Below are positions 49,270 to 57,708 of a stretch of 64,000 bases of DNA, in pieces (within the stretch, counting starts at the first letter, position 1; every line of letters begins with the position of its first letter). This DNA is from an uncultured Clostridia bacterium. GTDB lineage: Bacteria > Bacillota > Clostridia > TANB77 > CAG-508. Below the pieces are notes generated by a model. That model saw only the letters and a program-made list of their open reading frames with translations, was not told the origin of the DNA and did not search any database. The stretch covers positions 234,877 through 298,876 of the forward strand of contig CAKPIK010000001.1 in NCBI GenBank assembly GCA_934162365.1, given 5' to 3'. The translations under genes were made by a program, and so were the position numbers.

Positions 49270-49606
49270 CTTAAATTCCCCCATATAATACATATATTAT
49301 ATTAAGGCAGTTTATTTTTTCTTTAGTGTGTTTTTAGAAAAAAACAATCTAATAATTGCCTATTTTTTCCATTTTTAAAATATAACAATTTTGAACTATT
49401 GTCAAGATAATCTTTTATTAATTTTATATATTTTAAAATTAGAATAATAATAATTTTCAGACTAACTTTAATGAAAGAATTAATGCTTTTTGAATTTATA
49501 ATATGTGGAAAATAAAAGGTTGACCAGTGGTAGTTTGGAACTTTATAAATTAATTGTTGCATAATGAAAACTTTGGACTAATAGAATGTAAATAGGAGAT
49601 GATGAA

Positions 49607-50419
49607 ATGAAATCAAAAATTAAGTTTTGGGCATGTATTCTGTTGGCTTTACTACTAATTGTTTTAAGCATAATTTTAGAATTTAAACAAAACAAAAGTG
49701 TAATTTCAACAAGTGGAAATATACAACAATCAAATTTAAAAATAGAATGGGGAATAAAAAGAGAAGATAATCATAAACAACCAGATTTGGGTAAAAGAAA
49801 TAGAGAACTTATAGAAAAATATGATGGTTATGCAATGGGAAATGAAAAAGACAAATATATATATTTAACATTTGATTTGGGATACGAGGCAGGATATACA
49901 GAAAATATATTGGATACATTAAAAAATAATAATGTTTCAGCCACCTTTTTTATAACAGCACACTATGTAAATACTGCATCTGATATAGTACAAAGAATGA
50001 TAAATGAAGGACATATAATAGGTAATCATACAGTTAATCATAAAAGTATGCCAAGTTTGAATCAAGAGCAACTAACAAAAGAAATAATGGATTTACATAC
50101 AGCAATATACGAAAAATTTGGATATGAAATGAAATATATGAGACCGCCCAAAGGAGAATATAGTGAAAGATCTTTGGATATAACAAGAAAATTAGGATAT
50201 ATACCAGTAATGTGGAGTTTTGCATATGCAGATTGGGACGAAGCAAAACAACCTTCAAAACAAGATGGAATAAATAAAATAATTAATAATACTCATAATG
50301 GAGAAATAATGCTTTTACATGCTACATCAAAAACTAATATGGAAATTTTGGATAATGTAATAAAGCAAATAAAAGAAATGGGATATGAGTTTAAATCTTT
50401 AGATGAATTTTCTAAATAA
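49607..50419 (+). CDS. Polysaccharide deacetylase (NodB domain; PdaA/PdaB-like sporulation cortex deacetylase)
   Basis: NodB motifs TFDLGYEAG (T-F-D-D-type), HTVNHKSM and LLHA. Signal/TM N-terminus. Confidence 0.75.
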   Translation: MKSKIKFWACILLALLLIVLSIILEFKQNKSVISTSGNIQQSNLKIEWGIKREDNHKQPDLGKRNRELIEKYDGYAMGNEKDKYIYLTFDLGYEAGYTENILDTLKNNNVSATFFITAHYVNTASDIVQRMINEGHIIGNHTVNHKSMPSLNQEQLTKEIMDLHTAIYEKFGYEMKYMRPPKGEYSERSLDITRKLGYIPVMWSFAYADWDEAKQPSKQDGINKIINNTHNGEIMLLHATSKTNMEILDNVIKQIKEMGYEFKSLDEFSK

Positions 50420-50433
50420 TAAAAGGAGGCATA

Positions 50434-50736
50434 ATGAAAAAAAGTAAACCCAAGAAGTATAGCAAACTTGATAGTTTATTAGAAATTCCCAGAGAAGTTG
50501 CATCAACAGATATAAAAATAACAATGAATGGTTTTGATCAAGTATTAATTGAAAATTATAAAAACATATTAGAATATCAAGATATATTAATTAAAGTTAA
50601 TACATTTGAAGGTGCAGTTACAATTTATGGTTTTAATTTAAAACTCGAACAAATGACAGATGAAGACATAATTATTAATGGAAAAATTGATTCAATAGAG
50701 TTTGAACCTTTTGAAGATAATACTAAAAAGGTATAA
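50434..50736 (+). CDS. yqfC: YabP-family sporulation protein YqfC
   Basis: 100 aa. EGAVTIYGFNLKLEQMTDEDIIINGKIDSIEF resembles YabP/YqfC. It is followed by yqfD as in Bacillus. Confidence 0.7.
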   Translation: MKKSKPKKYSKLDSLLEIPREVASTDIKITMNGFDQVLIENYKNILEYQDILIKVNTFEGAVTIYGFNLKLEQMTDEDIIINGKIDSIEFEPFEDNTKKV

Positions 50737-50752
50737 AATTAAAGGAGAAAAT

Positions 50753-51937
50753 ATGCTTTTAAAAATATTATTTAATTATTTAATTGGATTTGTAAATATA
50801 ACTGTAGAGGGATTTTTTGTAGAACGATTTATTAATAATTGTATAAATAATAAAATTGTTCTATGGAATATTAAAAGAAAAAACTCTACATTAATTACAA
50901 CAAATGTAAGCATTAGAGACTTTACTAATATAAGGCATATGGCTAAAAAAACAAAGTGTAAGTTAAAAATTAATTCAAAAAAAGGTTTACCATTTATTAT
51001 TCACAAATATAGAAAAAGAAGATTGTTACTTATATTATTAATACCAGTTCTTTTAATAATTTTAATATCTTCAATGTACATATGGAATATAGAGATTACT
51101 GGAAGTGAAGATATAAATAAAAATGAATTAATTAGTCAATTGAAAGAAGAAGGCGTTTATTCTGGAAATAAAAAAAGTAAGATTAATGTAAAAAAAGTAA
51201 TAGATAATATAAGATTAAAAAGAAGTGATATTTCTTGGATGTCTATTGATATGAAAGGAACTAATATTATTATTAATGTTGTTAAAGCTGAACCAAAACC
51301 TGATATAATAAACGAAAATGAACATTGTAATATAGTAGCTACTAAAAATGGAATGATAACAAAAATTACTGCTGATAATGGAACAGCCTTAGTAAAAAAA
51401 GGTGATATAGTTGAACCAGGTGATATTTTAATTGGTGGATATATGGAAGGAAAATTTACAGATAAAAGGTATCTTCATGCAAAAGGAAAAGTTGAAGCAA
51501 AAGTATGGTATACGAAAAAAGCAAAATCATATTATACTAGGGAAATAACACAAAAAACAGAAAACAAGAAAAATAGATATTCAATAAATATTAATAATTT
51601 TAAAATAAATTTATATAAAACTCTTCCAAAATTTGAAAACTATGATACAATAAATGAGACAAATAAAATGAGAATTTTTTCAAACTTTTATTTACCTTTG
51701 CAAATTAATAAAACAACATATATAGAATTAGAAAAATCTAAAGTTACTTACGGAAAAGAAGAATTAAAACAAATACTTATAAAAGAATTGGAACAAGAAT
51801 TTGAAAAAGATGAGGTAAATAAACTTAATATTGTAAACAAAATTATTAATGTTTATGATAATGACGATAAAGAATTAGAAATAGAAATGACATATGAGGC
51901 AATTGAGGAAATTGGCACTGAAGAAAAAATTGAATAA
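50753..51937 (+). CDS. yqfD: Stage IV sporulation protein YqfD
   Basis: About 395 aa with a central TM helix (LLLILLIPVLLIILISSMYIW) and the conserved position after yqfC. RBS aaaggagaaaatatg. Confidence 0.7.
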   Translation: MLLKILFNYLIGFVNITVEGFFVERFINNCINNKIVLWNIKRKNSTLITTNVSIRDFTNIRHMAKKTKCKLKINSKKGLPFIIHKYRKRRLLLILLIPVLLIILISSMYIWNIEITGSEDINKNELISQLKEEGVYSGNKKSKINVKKVIDNIRLKRSDISWMSIDMKGTNIIINVVKAEPKPDIINENEHCNIVATKNGMITKITADNGTALVKKGDIVEPGDILIGGYMEGKFTDKRYLHAKGKVEAKVWYTKKAKSYYTREITQKTENKKNRYSININNFKINLYKTLPKFENYDTINETNKMRIFSNFYLPLQINKTTYIELEKSKVTYGKEELKQILIKELEQEFEKDEVNKLNIVNKIINVYDNDDKELEIEMTYEAIEEIGTEEKIE

Positions 51938-51952
51938 AGAAAGGAATAAACT

Positions 51953-53176
51953 ATGGAAGAGAGAAGTTTAAGAGTATACGAGCAAAAAACCTTTTTTTCA
52001 AAAATTGGTACTACAATAAGTAAAATATTAATACCTACTAAAATAGGTTTTAATGGAATGATGATTTCTGTAAAAAGAAATAATTTATTAAAAGCATACG
52101 AAGCATATAAAACATTTAATGAAGACAATACAGAAAAAAGGGAACACATTAACCAAAAATATGAAGATACATTTGCTTTATATTTAGAATCTATAGATAA
52201 ATATGTAATGGATTCAATATATAAAAAGGTAAAAAATGGAAATGCAAGTCCTTTTGAACAAGATGCATTATCTAGATACTATGTAATAACACATTTGAAG
52301 GAGACTCAGTACTTAGAGTATAAATATAGAAAACAAAAATATTTATTAGAATTAGATTATGAAAGTGTAAAAAGTGCTAATAAAGAAAAACTTATTCAAA
52401 GATATAATAAGTTTTATATAGAAAAAATGGATACATTATATAAAGGAATACTAAAAAATTATTCTGTTCAGTTAGCTGATAATTTAAAAACATCAGCTAA
52501 TGATAAAGCAGAAATATATGATAAAGTATTTGATACAATAGAAGAATATATTGTTAACATCTTAACAATGAAAATGAAGTCTGAAGAATATAAAATAGAT
52601 AAAGAAACTTTGGAACAATATGATAAATATTCAAAATTTTTAGCTGGAAAACCAGATTCAATAGACATACTAGAGAAAAAAATGATAATACTTGCAATAA
52701 GTAGAAAGATTTTTACACATAGTTTGCCATTAATAATAGCAGAGCAATGCTATGAGCAGTTGCTAAATGAAGTAAGATCAGAATTAGTTCATGCTAAAAA
52801 TGATAGAAAATTTAAGAAAGCTTATAAAATGTTATTAACAATATTAGAAGAATATAATATTAATTTGTTATCTACAAAAGTATATTGGGAAAAACCAAAA
52901 GAAAGAGAAGAATATAAAAAATTCTGGGAAAAGTATAAAAAAATAGAAGAAGCAAAAAATACAAAAAATAAAGATGTAAAAAAAGAAATATTATTTATAA
53001 AAAAAGATTTAAAATATATAAGTAATGATGCAAAAAGATACAAGCTTGTTATAAATGCATATAAGAAAAAATTAGTTGAGTTAGGAGCAATGAAAGTAGT
53101 TAAAGATTTAGCAGTAAGTGATACAAAAAAGTATGTTAAAAAAACTAAAAAAAGAAAAGAGGCAAAAAATGACTAA
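51953..53176 (+). CDS. Hypothetical K/E/Y-rich soluble protein (407 aa) in the slot usually held by phoH/yqfF
   Basis: RBS aaaggaataaactatg. No recognisable catalytic motif. Predicted largely alpha-helical. Confidence 0.5.
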   Translation: MEERSLRVYEQKTFFSKIGTTISKILIPTKIGFNGMMISVKRNNLLKAYEAYKTFNEDNTEKREHINQKYEDTFALYLESIDKYVMDSIYKKVKNGNASPFEQDALSRYYVITHLKETQYLEYKYRKQKYLLELDYESVKSANKEKLIQRYNKFYIEKMDTLYKGILKNYSVQLADNLKTSANDKAEIYDKVFDTIEEYIVNILTMKMKSEEYKIDKETLEQYDKYSKFLAGKPDSIDILEKKMIILAISRKIFTHSLPLIIAEQCYEQLLNEVRSELVHAKNDRKFKKAYKMLLTILEEYNINLLSTKVYWEKPKEREEYKKFWEKYKKIEEAKNTKNKDVKKEILFIKKDLKYISNDAKRYKLVINAYKKKLVELGAMKVVKDLAVSDTKKYVKKTKKRKEAKND

Positions 53177-53645
53177 ATTCTCAGAGGTGACTTTTCTAGA
53201 TATAGAGGAAAACAAAGAGTATGCAGAATTAATAGAAAAAGTTGCAAAACAGGCGTTTAAAATAGAAAAGATTGATAAACTTAATTTATATATAAATGTT
53301 ATACTAACTAATCCTATAAATATAAAAAATACAAATAAAAAGTATAGAAATATAGATAGAGAAACAGATGTGTTATCATTTCCTATGTTTGAAAAAGAAG
53401 AAATAAATAATATGATAGAAAATGGAAACAAAATAGAAGATACTTTAGGTGATGTAATGATATCAATTCCAAGAGTATCTGAGCAAGCAATAGAATATGG
53501 GCATAGCTTTGAAAGAGAATTATCATATATGCTAATTCATGGATTTTATCATCTTATGGGATATGACCATATGGAAGAAGAAGAGAAAAAAATTATGAGA
53601 GAAAAAGAAGAAGTGGTACTAAATTCTTTAAATATAACAAGATAG
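53169..53645 (+). CDS. ybeY: Endoribonuclease YbeY (rRNA maturation factor)
   Basis: HGFYHLMGYDH fits the H-x-x-x-H-x-x-x-x-x-H zinc motif. Start at MTKFSEV with RBS aaaagagg. Overlaps the upstream ORF by 8 nt. Confidence 0.85.
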   Translation: MTKFSEVTFLDIEENKEYAELIEKVAKQAFKIEKIDKLNLYINVILTNPINIKNTNKKYRNIDRETDVLSFPMFEKEEINNMIENGNKIEDTLGDVMISIPRVSEQAIEYGHSFERELSYMLIHGFYHLMGYDHMEEEEKKIMREKEEVVLNSLNITR

Positions 53646-53654
53646 GGTGAAATA

Positions 53655-54422
53655 ATGGAAGAAAACAATAATGATAATAAAAATGAAAAGAGATTAAAAA
53701 ATAGAAATTTTATAGATGCATGGTCAAATGCATTTAATGGAATTATTTATGCTGTTACCACGCAAAGCAATATAAAGAAACAATTAGTTATTGCAGTAAT
53801 TGTAATGTTAGTTAGTTTATTGTTTAATTTATCTAGAGCAGAATTTTTATGTTTAATGTTTACTGTAATTTTAATTATAGTAGCTGAAATGATAAATACT
53901 GCAATAGAAACAGTCGTTGATTTATATATAGATGTTTACCATCCAAAAGCAAAAATAGCAAAAGATGTTGGCGCTGGAGCTGTTGTTATAACTGCTATAA
54001 ATGCAGTTATAGTAGCTTATTTCTTGTTTTTTGATAAGATAAGTGATATTGGATTGAATTTTATAAGAAATCTTGCCAATTCTCCGGTTCATATGGCTTT
54101 TATAGGTGTATTCTTAACAACAATCTTAGTAGTAACATTAAAAGCTGCAAGTTCAACTAATAAGCATAAAATATTTAAAGAAGGATTTTCTCCTAGTGGA
54201 CAAGCAGCAATAGCTTTTGCTGCTAATACTATAATTTGGTTATCAACTAATAATATTGTAGTACTAACTTTATCTTTTGTAATGGCAATTTTAGTTTGTG
54301 TAACTAGAATGGAGAAGAAAAATAAAACTTTGTTAGATATTGTTATTGGAGCTGTAACTGGTATTGCAGTTGTTGCTCTTCTTTATGGATTAGCAGGAGT
54401 ATTTTTAAAATATTTTGGTTAA
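53655..54422 (+). CDS. dgkA: Diacylglycerol/undecaprenol kinase DgkA fused to a C-terminal degenerate PAP2-like membrane domain
   Basis: aa 1-128 has the DgkA core (VAEMINTAIETVVDL...HPKAKIAKDVGAGAVVITAINA). aa 129-255 adds 4 TM helices with PSGQ (compare PSGH) and TRMEKKNKTLLD (compare SRx5Hx3D). Confidence 0.7.
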   Translation: MEENNNDNKNEKRLKNRNFIDAWSNAFNGIIYAVTTQSNIKKQLVIAVIVMLVSLLFNLSRAEFLCLMFTVILIIVAEMINTAIETVVDLYIDVYHPKAKIAKDVGAGAVVITAINAVIVAYFLFFDKISDIGLNFIRNLANSPVHMAFIGVFLTTILVVTLKAASSTNKHKIFKEGFSPSGQAAIAFAANTIIWLSTNNIVVLTLSFVMAILVCVTRMEKKNKTLLDIVIGAVTGIAVVALLYGLAGVFLKYFG

Positions 54423-54440
54423 AGAGTAAAAGGTGAGAAT

Positions 54441-55475
54441 ATGAAAAAATTTCTTATTGTTTTATTAATAATATTAATACTTGTACTTGCAGTATTACTT
54501 GGAATAAGAATTTATCAGACTGAAATTAGTGAAAAGAAAGTACTAGAACAAGCAAGCAATGAAATAAAAAAAGATACAACACCACAAGAAGAAAAAAAGG
54601 TTGAAATATTTCAAGGAGATAGTAGACCAATTGCTGTTATGATTGATAATGTTGGCGTAGCAAGACCACAAGCTGGATTAAATGATGCATATATTGTTTA
54701 TGAGATTATTGTAGAAGGAAATCAAACAAGACTTATGGCATTATTTAAAGACAAAGATGTTTCAAAAATTGGACCAGTAAGAAGTTCAAGACATTACTTT
54801 TTGGATTATGCGCTTGAAAACGATGCAATATATGTACATTTCGGTTGGAGCCCAAAAGCACAAAGCGATATCTCTTCTTTAAAAGTAAACAATATCAATG
54901 GAATAAATGAAAGTTCTAAATCATTTTGGAGGGTAAAAGACAAATCTGCGCCACACAATGTTGTTACATCTACTGAAAAAATATTAGATATTGCTAAAAG
55001 AAAAGGATATTCAACTACTTCAGAAAAAGACAGTGTTTTGAATTATGTCGTAGATGAAGTTGAATTAAAGGATGGAGAAACAGCAAATGAAGTAGTTATT
55101 CCATATTCTGGTACATACAAAGTAAGCTATAAATATGATGAGGAGACTAAAAGATATACAAGAACATATAATAAAACAACTCAAAAAGATTGGGTTACAA
55201 AAGAATTGGTAACAACTAAAAATATAATAATAACATTTGCAAAGAATACTACATTAAATGATGGCTCAGGAAAAGGAAGACAAAATTTATCAAACATAGG
55301 AACTTTAGATGGATATTATATTACAAATGGAAAAGCAATAAAGATTAAATGTTATAAAACAGCAAGGAAAGAACAAACTATATATAAAGACTTGGAAGGA
55401 AAAGAAATAGAAGTAAATGATGGAAACACATTTATACAAATAGTTCCAATAGATTCAAAAATTACAATGGAATAG
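54441..55475 (+). CDS. DUF3048 (YerB-like) secreted/lipoprotein
   Basis: N-terminal TM/signal. PIAVMIDNVGVARPQAGLNDAYIVYEIIVEGNQTRLMALF resembles the DUF3048 core. Confidence 0.6.
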   Translation: MKKFLIVLLIILILVLAVLLGIRIYQTEISEKKVLEQASNEIKKDTTPQEEKKVEIFQGDSRPIAVMIDNVGVARPQAGLNDAYIVYEIIVEGNQTRLMALFKDKDVSKIGPVRSSRHYFLDYALENDAIYVHFGWSPKAQSDISSLKVNNINGINESSKSFWRVKDKSAPHNVVTSTEKILDIAKRKGYSTTSEKDSVLNYVVDEVELKDGETANEVVIPYSGTYKVSYKYDEETKRYTRTYNKTTQKDWVTKELVTTKNIIITFAKNTTLNDGSGKGRQNLSNIGTLDGYYITNGKAIKIKCYKTARKEQTIYKDLEGKEIEVNDGNTFIQIVPIDSKITME

Positions 55476-55489
55476 ACTATAAAGACTAA

Positions 55490-55530
55490 TTATTAAGTAT
55501 ATTTTAATAATTGGTCTTTTAATTTATGTT
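55490..55530 (+). terminator. Hairpin terminator after the yerB-like gene
   Basis: AAAGACTAATTATTAA ... TTAATAATTGGTCTTT (15 of 16 bp stem). Confidence 0.45.
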
Positions 55531-55634
55531 TAAAATATGTGACGTTTAAATTTAATAATTTCTTAACCCCTTGCATGTTTTGACAAATTATGCGACAATA
55601 GAGTAGTAAAATTAAAACAAGAAAAGGAATAAAA

Positions 55635-56549
55635 ATGGAAGAAATAAAAAAATTCAAATCAGGTTTTGTATCAATAATTGGAAGAACAAATGTTGGAAAA
55701 TCAACTCTTATAAATTCTTTAGTTGGTGAAAAAGTTGCAATAATGGCTAATAAAACTCAGACAACAAGAACTGCAATTAGAGCGATAGTAAATAGAAAAA
55801 ATTCACAAATAATATTTATAGATACACCAGGAATTCATAAGCCTAAAACTAAACTTGGAAATACTATGATAGAAACAGCATTTGGAACAATATCTGAGGT
55901 GGATTGTATTTTGTTTATGGTAGAAGCAACTTCAAATGATATTGGTAGAGGAGATACAAGAATCTTAGAAAAATTAAAAGAAACAAATAAAAAAGTTATC
56001 TTAATAATAAACAAAATAGATTTGGTAAAAAAAGAACAAATTGCAAAATTAATTGAAATGTATTCAAAAGAATATAATTTTGAAGCAATAATTCCAATAT
56101 CAGCAATAAAAAATAAAGAAGTTGAAACAATATTAGATGAAATAGAAAAAATATTAAAACCTGGGCCTGCATATTACGATATTGATGAATATACAGATCA
56201 AACGAGTAGACAACTTGCAGAAGAAGTTATAAGAGAAAAAGCATTAAAATTATTAGATGATGAAGTACCACATGGTCTATATGTTGAAGTTGAAAAAATG
56301 AAATTATCAAGAACAAAAACAAATGAACCTATATATAATATAGAAGCAACTATTTATTGCTTAAGAGATTCTCATAAAGGAATAATAATAGGCAAAAATG
56401 GTAGCATGCTAAAGAGAATAGGAAGTTATGCAAGAGAAGATTTAGAAGAAATGCTTGGAACAAAAATAAATCTAAAAACTTGGGTAAAAGTAAAAAAAGA
56501 TTGGCAAGACGATAATAGTATAGTAAAAAAATTTAAATTTACAGATTAA
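55635..56549 (+). CDS. era: GTPase Era
   Basis: G1 GRTNVGKST, G3 DTPG, G4 NKID and a C-terminal KH domain. 304 aa. Confidence 0.9.
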   Translation: MEEIKKFKSGFVSIIGRTNVGKSTLINSLVGEKVAIMANKTQTTRTAIRAIVNRKNSQIIFIDTPGIHKPKTKLGNTMIETAFGTISEVDCILFMVEATSNDIGRGDTRILEKLKETNKKVILIINKIDLVKKEQIAKLIEMYSKEYNFEAIIPISAIKNKEVETILDEIEKILKPGPAYYDIDEYTDQTSRQLAEEVIREKALKLLDDEVPHGLYVEVEKMKLSRTKTNEPIYNIEATIYCLRDSHKGIIIGKNGSMLKRIGSYAREDLEEMLGTKINLKTWVKVKKDWQDDNSIVKKFKFTD

Positions 56550-56633
56550 TTTTCTAAAAAAGAATAAAAAATCAAATTAATGCAAAAGATAAGATTAAAG
56601 GTAAAAAATACTTTTAAGCTTGGGAGTGGTGGT

Positions 56634-56792
56634 ATGCGTATGATAGAGAAATTAGCTTGGAATGCCTTTAAAAATACAGGAGATATAAATACATTTTTAG
56701 AATTAAAACAAATGGAAAATATAGAAATAAATTTAAATGGAGAAATAGATGGGACAAATAAGGACAAAGGGGATAGTATTAGTAGAGAATAA
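56634..56792 (+). CDS. YqzL-like small protein between era and recO
   Basis: AWNAFKNTGDINTFLELKQ resembles the YqzL family. RBS gggagtggtgg. Overlaps the recO start by 44 nt. Confidence 0.45.
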   Translation: MRMIEKLAWNAFKNTGDINTFLELKQMENIEINLNGEIDGTNKDKGDSISRE

Positions 56793-57483
56793 TTTAGGCG
56801 ATTATGATAAAATAGTTACAATGTTAACGCCAGGAATGGGAAAAATTAGCTGTGTGGCAAAGGGCGCAAGGCGCCCTAAAAGCTTATTAATGGCGGGAAC
56901 ACAATTTTTATGCTTCGCGGATTATATGATGTATAAAGGAAATAATACATATAATATAAATTCGTGTGAGACAATAGAATTTTTTTATAATATTAGAACA
57001 GATTTAGACAAGTATAAATATGCAGTTCATATTACAAAAATAATTTTAGATGTTACAAACGAAAATGAGAATTCATATAAAATATTACAGTTATATTTAA
57101 ATACTTTATATACAATATCTGAAACAGATAAAAATTTAGATTTAATATTAGCAATATTCAAATTAAGACTAATGTGCATAATTGGATTTAAACCACACGT
57201 AGAAAAATGTAGTAATTGTGGTATAGATACAGATATAAAATATTTTAGCTTAAAAGATAATGGGGTAAAATGTAGTAGTTGCGGAAAAGTTGATAAAAGT
57301 AGTATTGAGTTACTACCAGCAACATATGATGCTATAAAGTTCATAACAATGGCACCAGCAAAAAAAATATTTTCATTTAATGTACCAGAAGCATCAATAA
57401 AAGAATTAGAAATAGTATCTAAATTATATTTAAATGAGAAATTAGAAAAAGAATATAAATTAGAAGATATTTTTAAAAAATAA
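56749..57483 (+). CDS. recO: DNA repair protein RecO
   Basis: N-terminal OB fold (IRTKGIVLVENNLGDYDKIVTMLT) and a C-terminal 4-Cys zinc motif (CSNCG...CSSCG). It has the conserved era-recO order. Confidence 0.8.
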   Translation: MGQIRTKGIVLVENNLGDYDKIVTMLTPGMGKISCVAKGARRPKSLLMAGTQFLCFADYMMYKGNNTYNINSCETIEFFYNIRTDLDKYKYAVHITKIILDVTNENENSYKILQLYLNTLYTISETDKNLDLILAIFKLRLMCIIGFKPHVEKCSNCGIDTDIKYFSLKDNGVKCSSCGKVDKSSIELLPATYDAIKFITMAPAKKIFSFNVPEASIKELEIVSKLYLNEKLEKEYKLEDIFKK

Positions 57484-57511
57484 ACTAAAATTAAATTATA
57501 ATAAAAAATAC

Positions 57512-57540
57512 TTGATAAATTATATATTAAATTATATAAT
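57512..57540 (+). promoter_or_regulatory. Sigma-A promoter of the SRP RNA gene
   Basis: TTGATA, a 17-nt spacer, then TATAAT; the TSS is predicted near 57547. Confidence 0.5.
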
Positions 57541-57546
57541 AATAGT

Positions 57547-57690
57547 GGTTTTAGATTAGCTCTTGTATGGAGAGTATATTTTGATAAAAAGCTATGAACC
57601 TTGTCAGGTCCGGAAGGAAGCAGCAATAAGTAGTGTATTTATGCAATATTATACTTTCCATAGAGGAGCTAAATCTTTAAAATGTGAAAT
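57547..57690 (+). ncRNA. ffs: Signal recognition particle RNA (4.5S/scRNA type)
   Basis: Universally conserved domain IV motif GTCAGGTCCGGAAGGAAGCAGC at 57603-57624. The flanking arms AGATTAGCTCTTGTATGGAGAGTATA and TATACTTTCCATAGAGGAGCTAAATCT pair into a long helix. It is immediately upstream of dnaX as in Bacillus. Ends are approximate. Confidence 0.75.
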
Positions 57691-57708
57691 TAAAGGATGT
57701 TGAATGAT

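Noticed and set aside
49323-49562. 79-aa minus-strand ORF in the 310-nt spacer between the LytTR regulator gene and the deacetylase gene
   Set aside because: No RBS and AT-rich low-complexity sequence. The region is more plausibly promoter and operator DNA for the divergent genes. I looked for clean LytTR 9-bp direct repeats with 12-bp spacing and could not identify a convincing pair by eye.
57027-57626. 199-aa minus-strand ORF overlapping recO and the SRP RNA region
   Set aside because: It is antisense to recO, which has a Zn-finger and OB-fold signature. It is also antisense to the conserved SRP RNA motif, and has no RBS.
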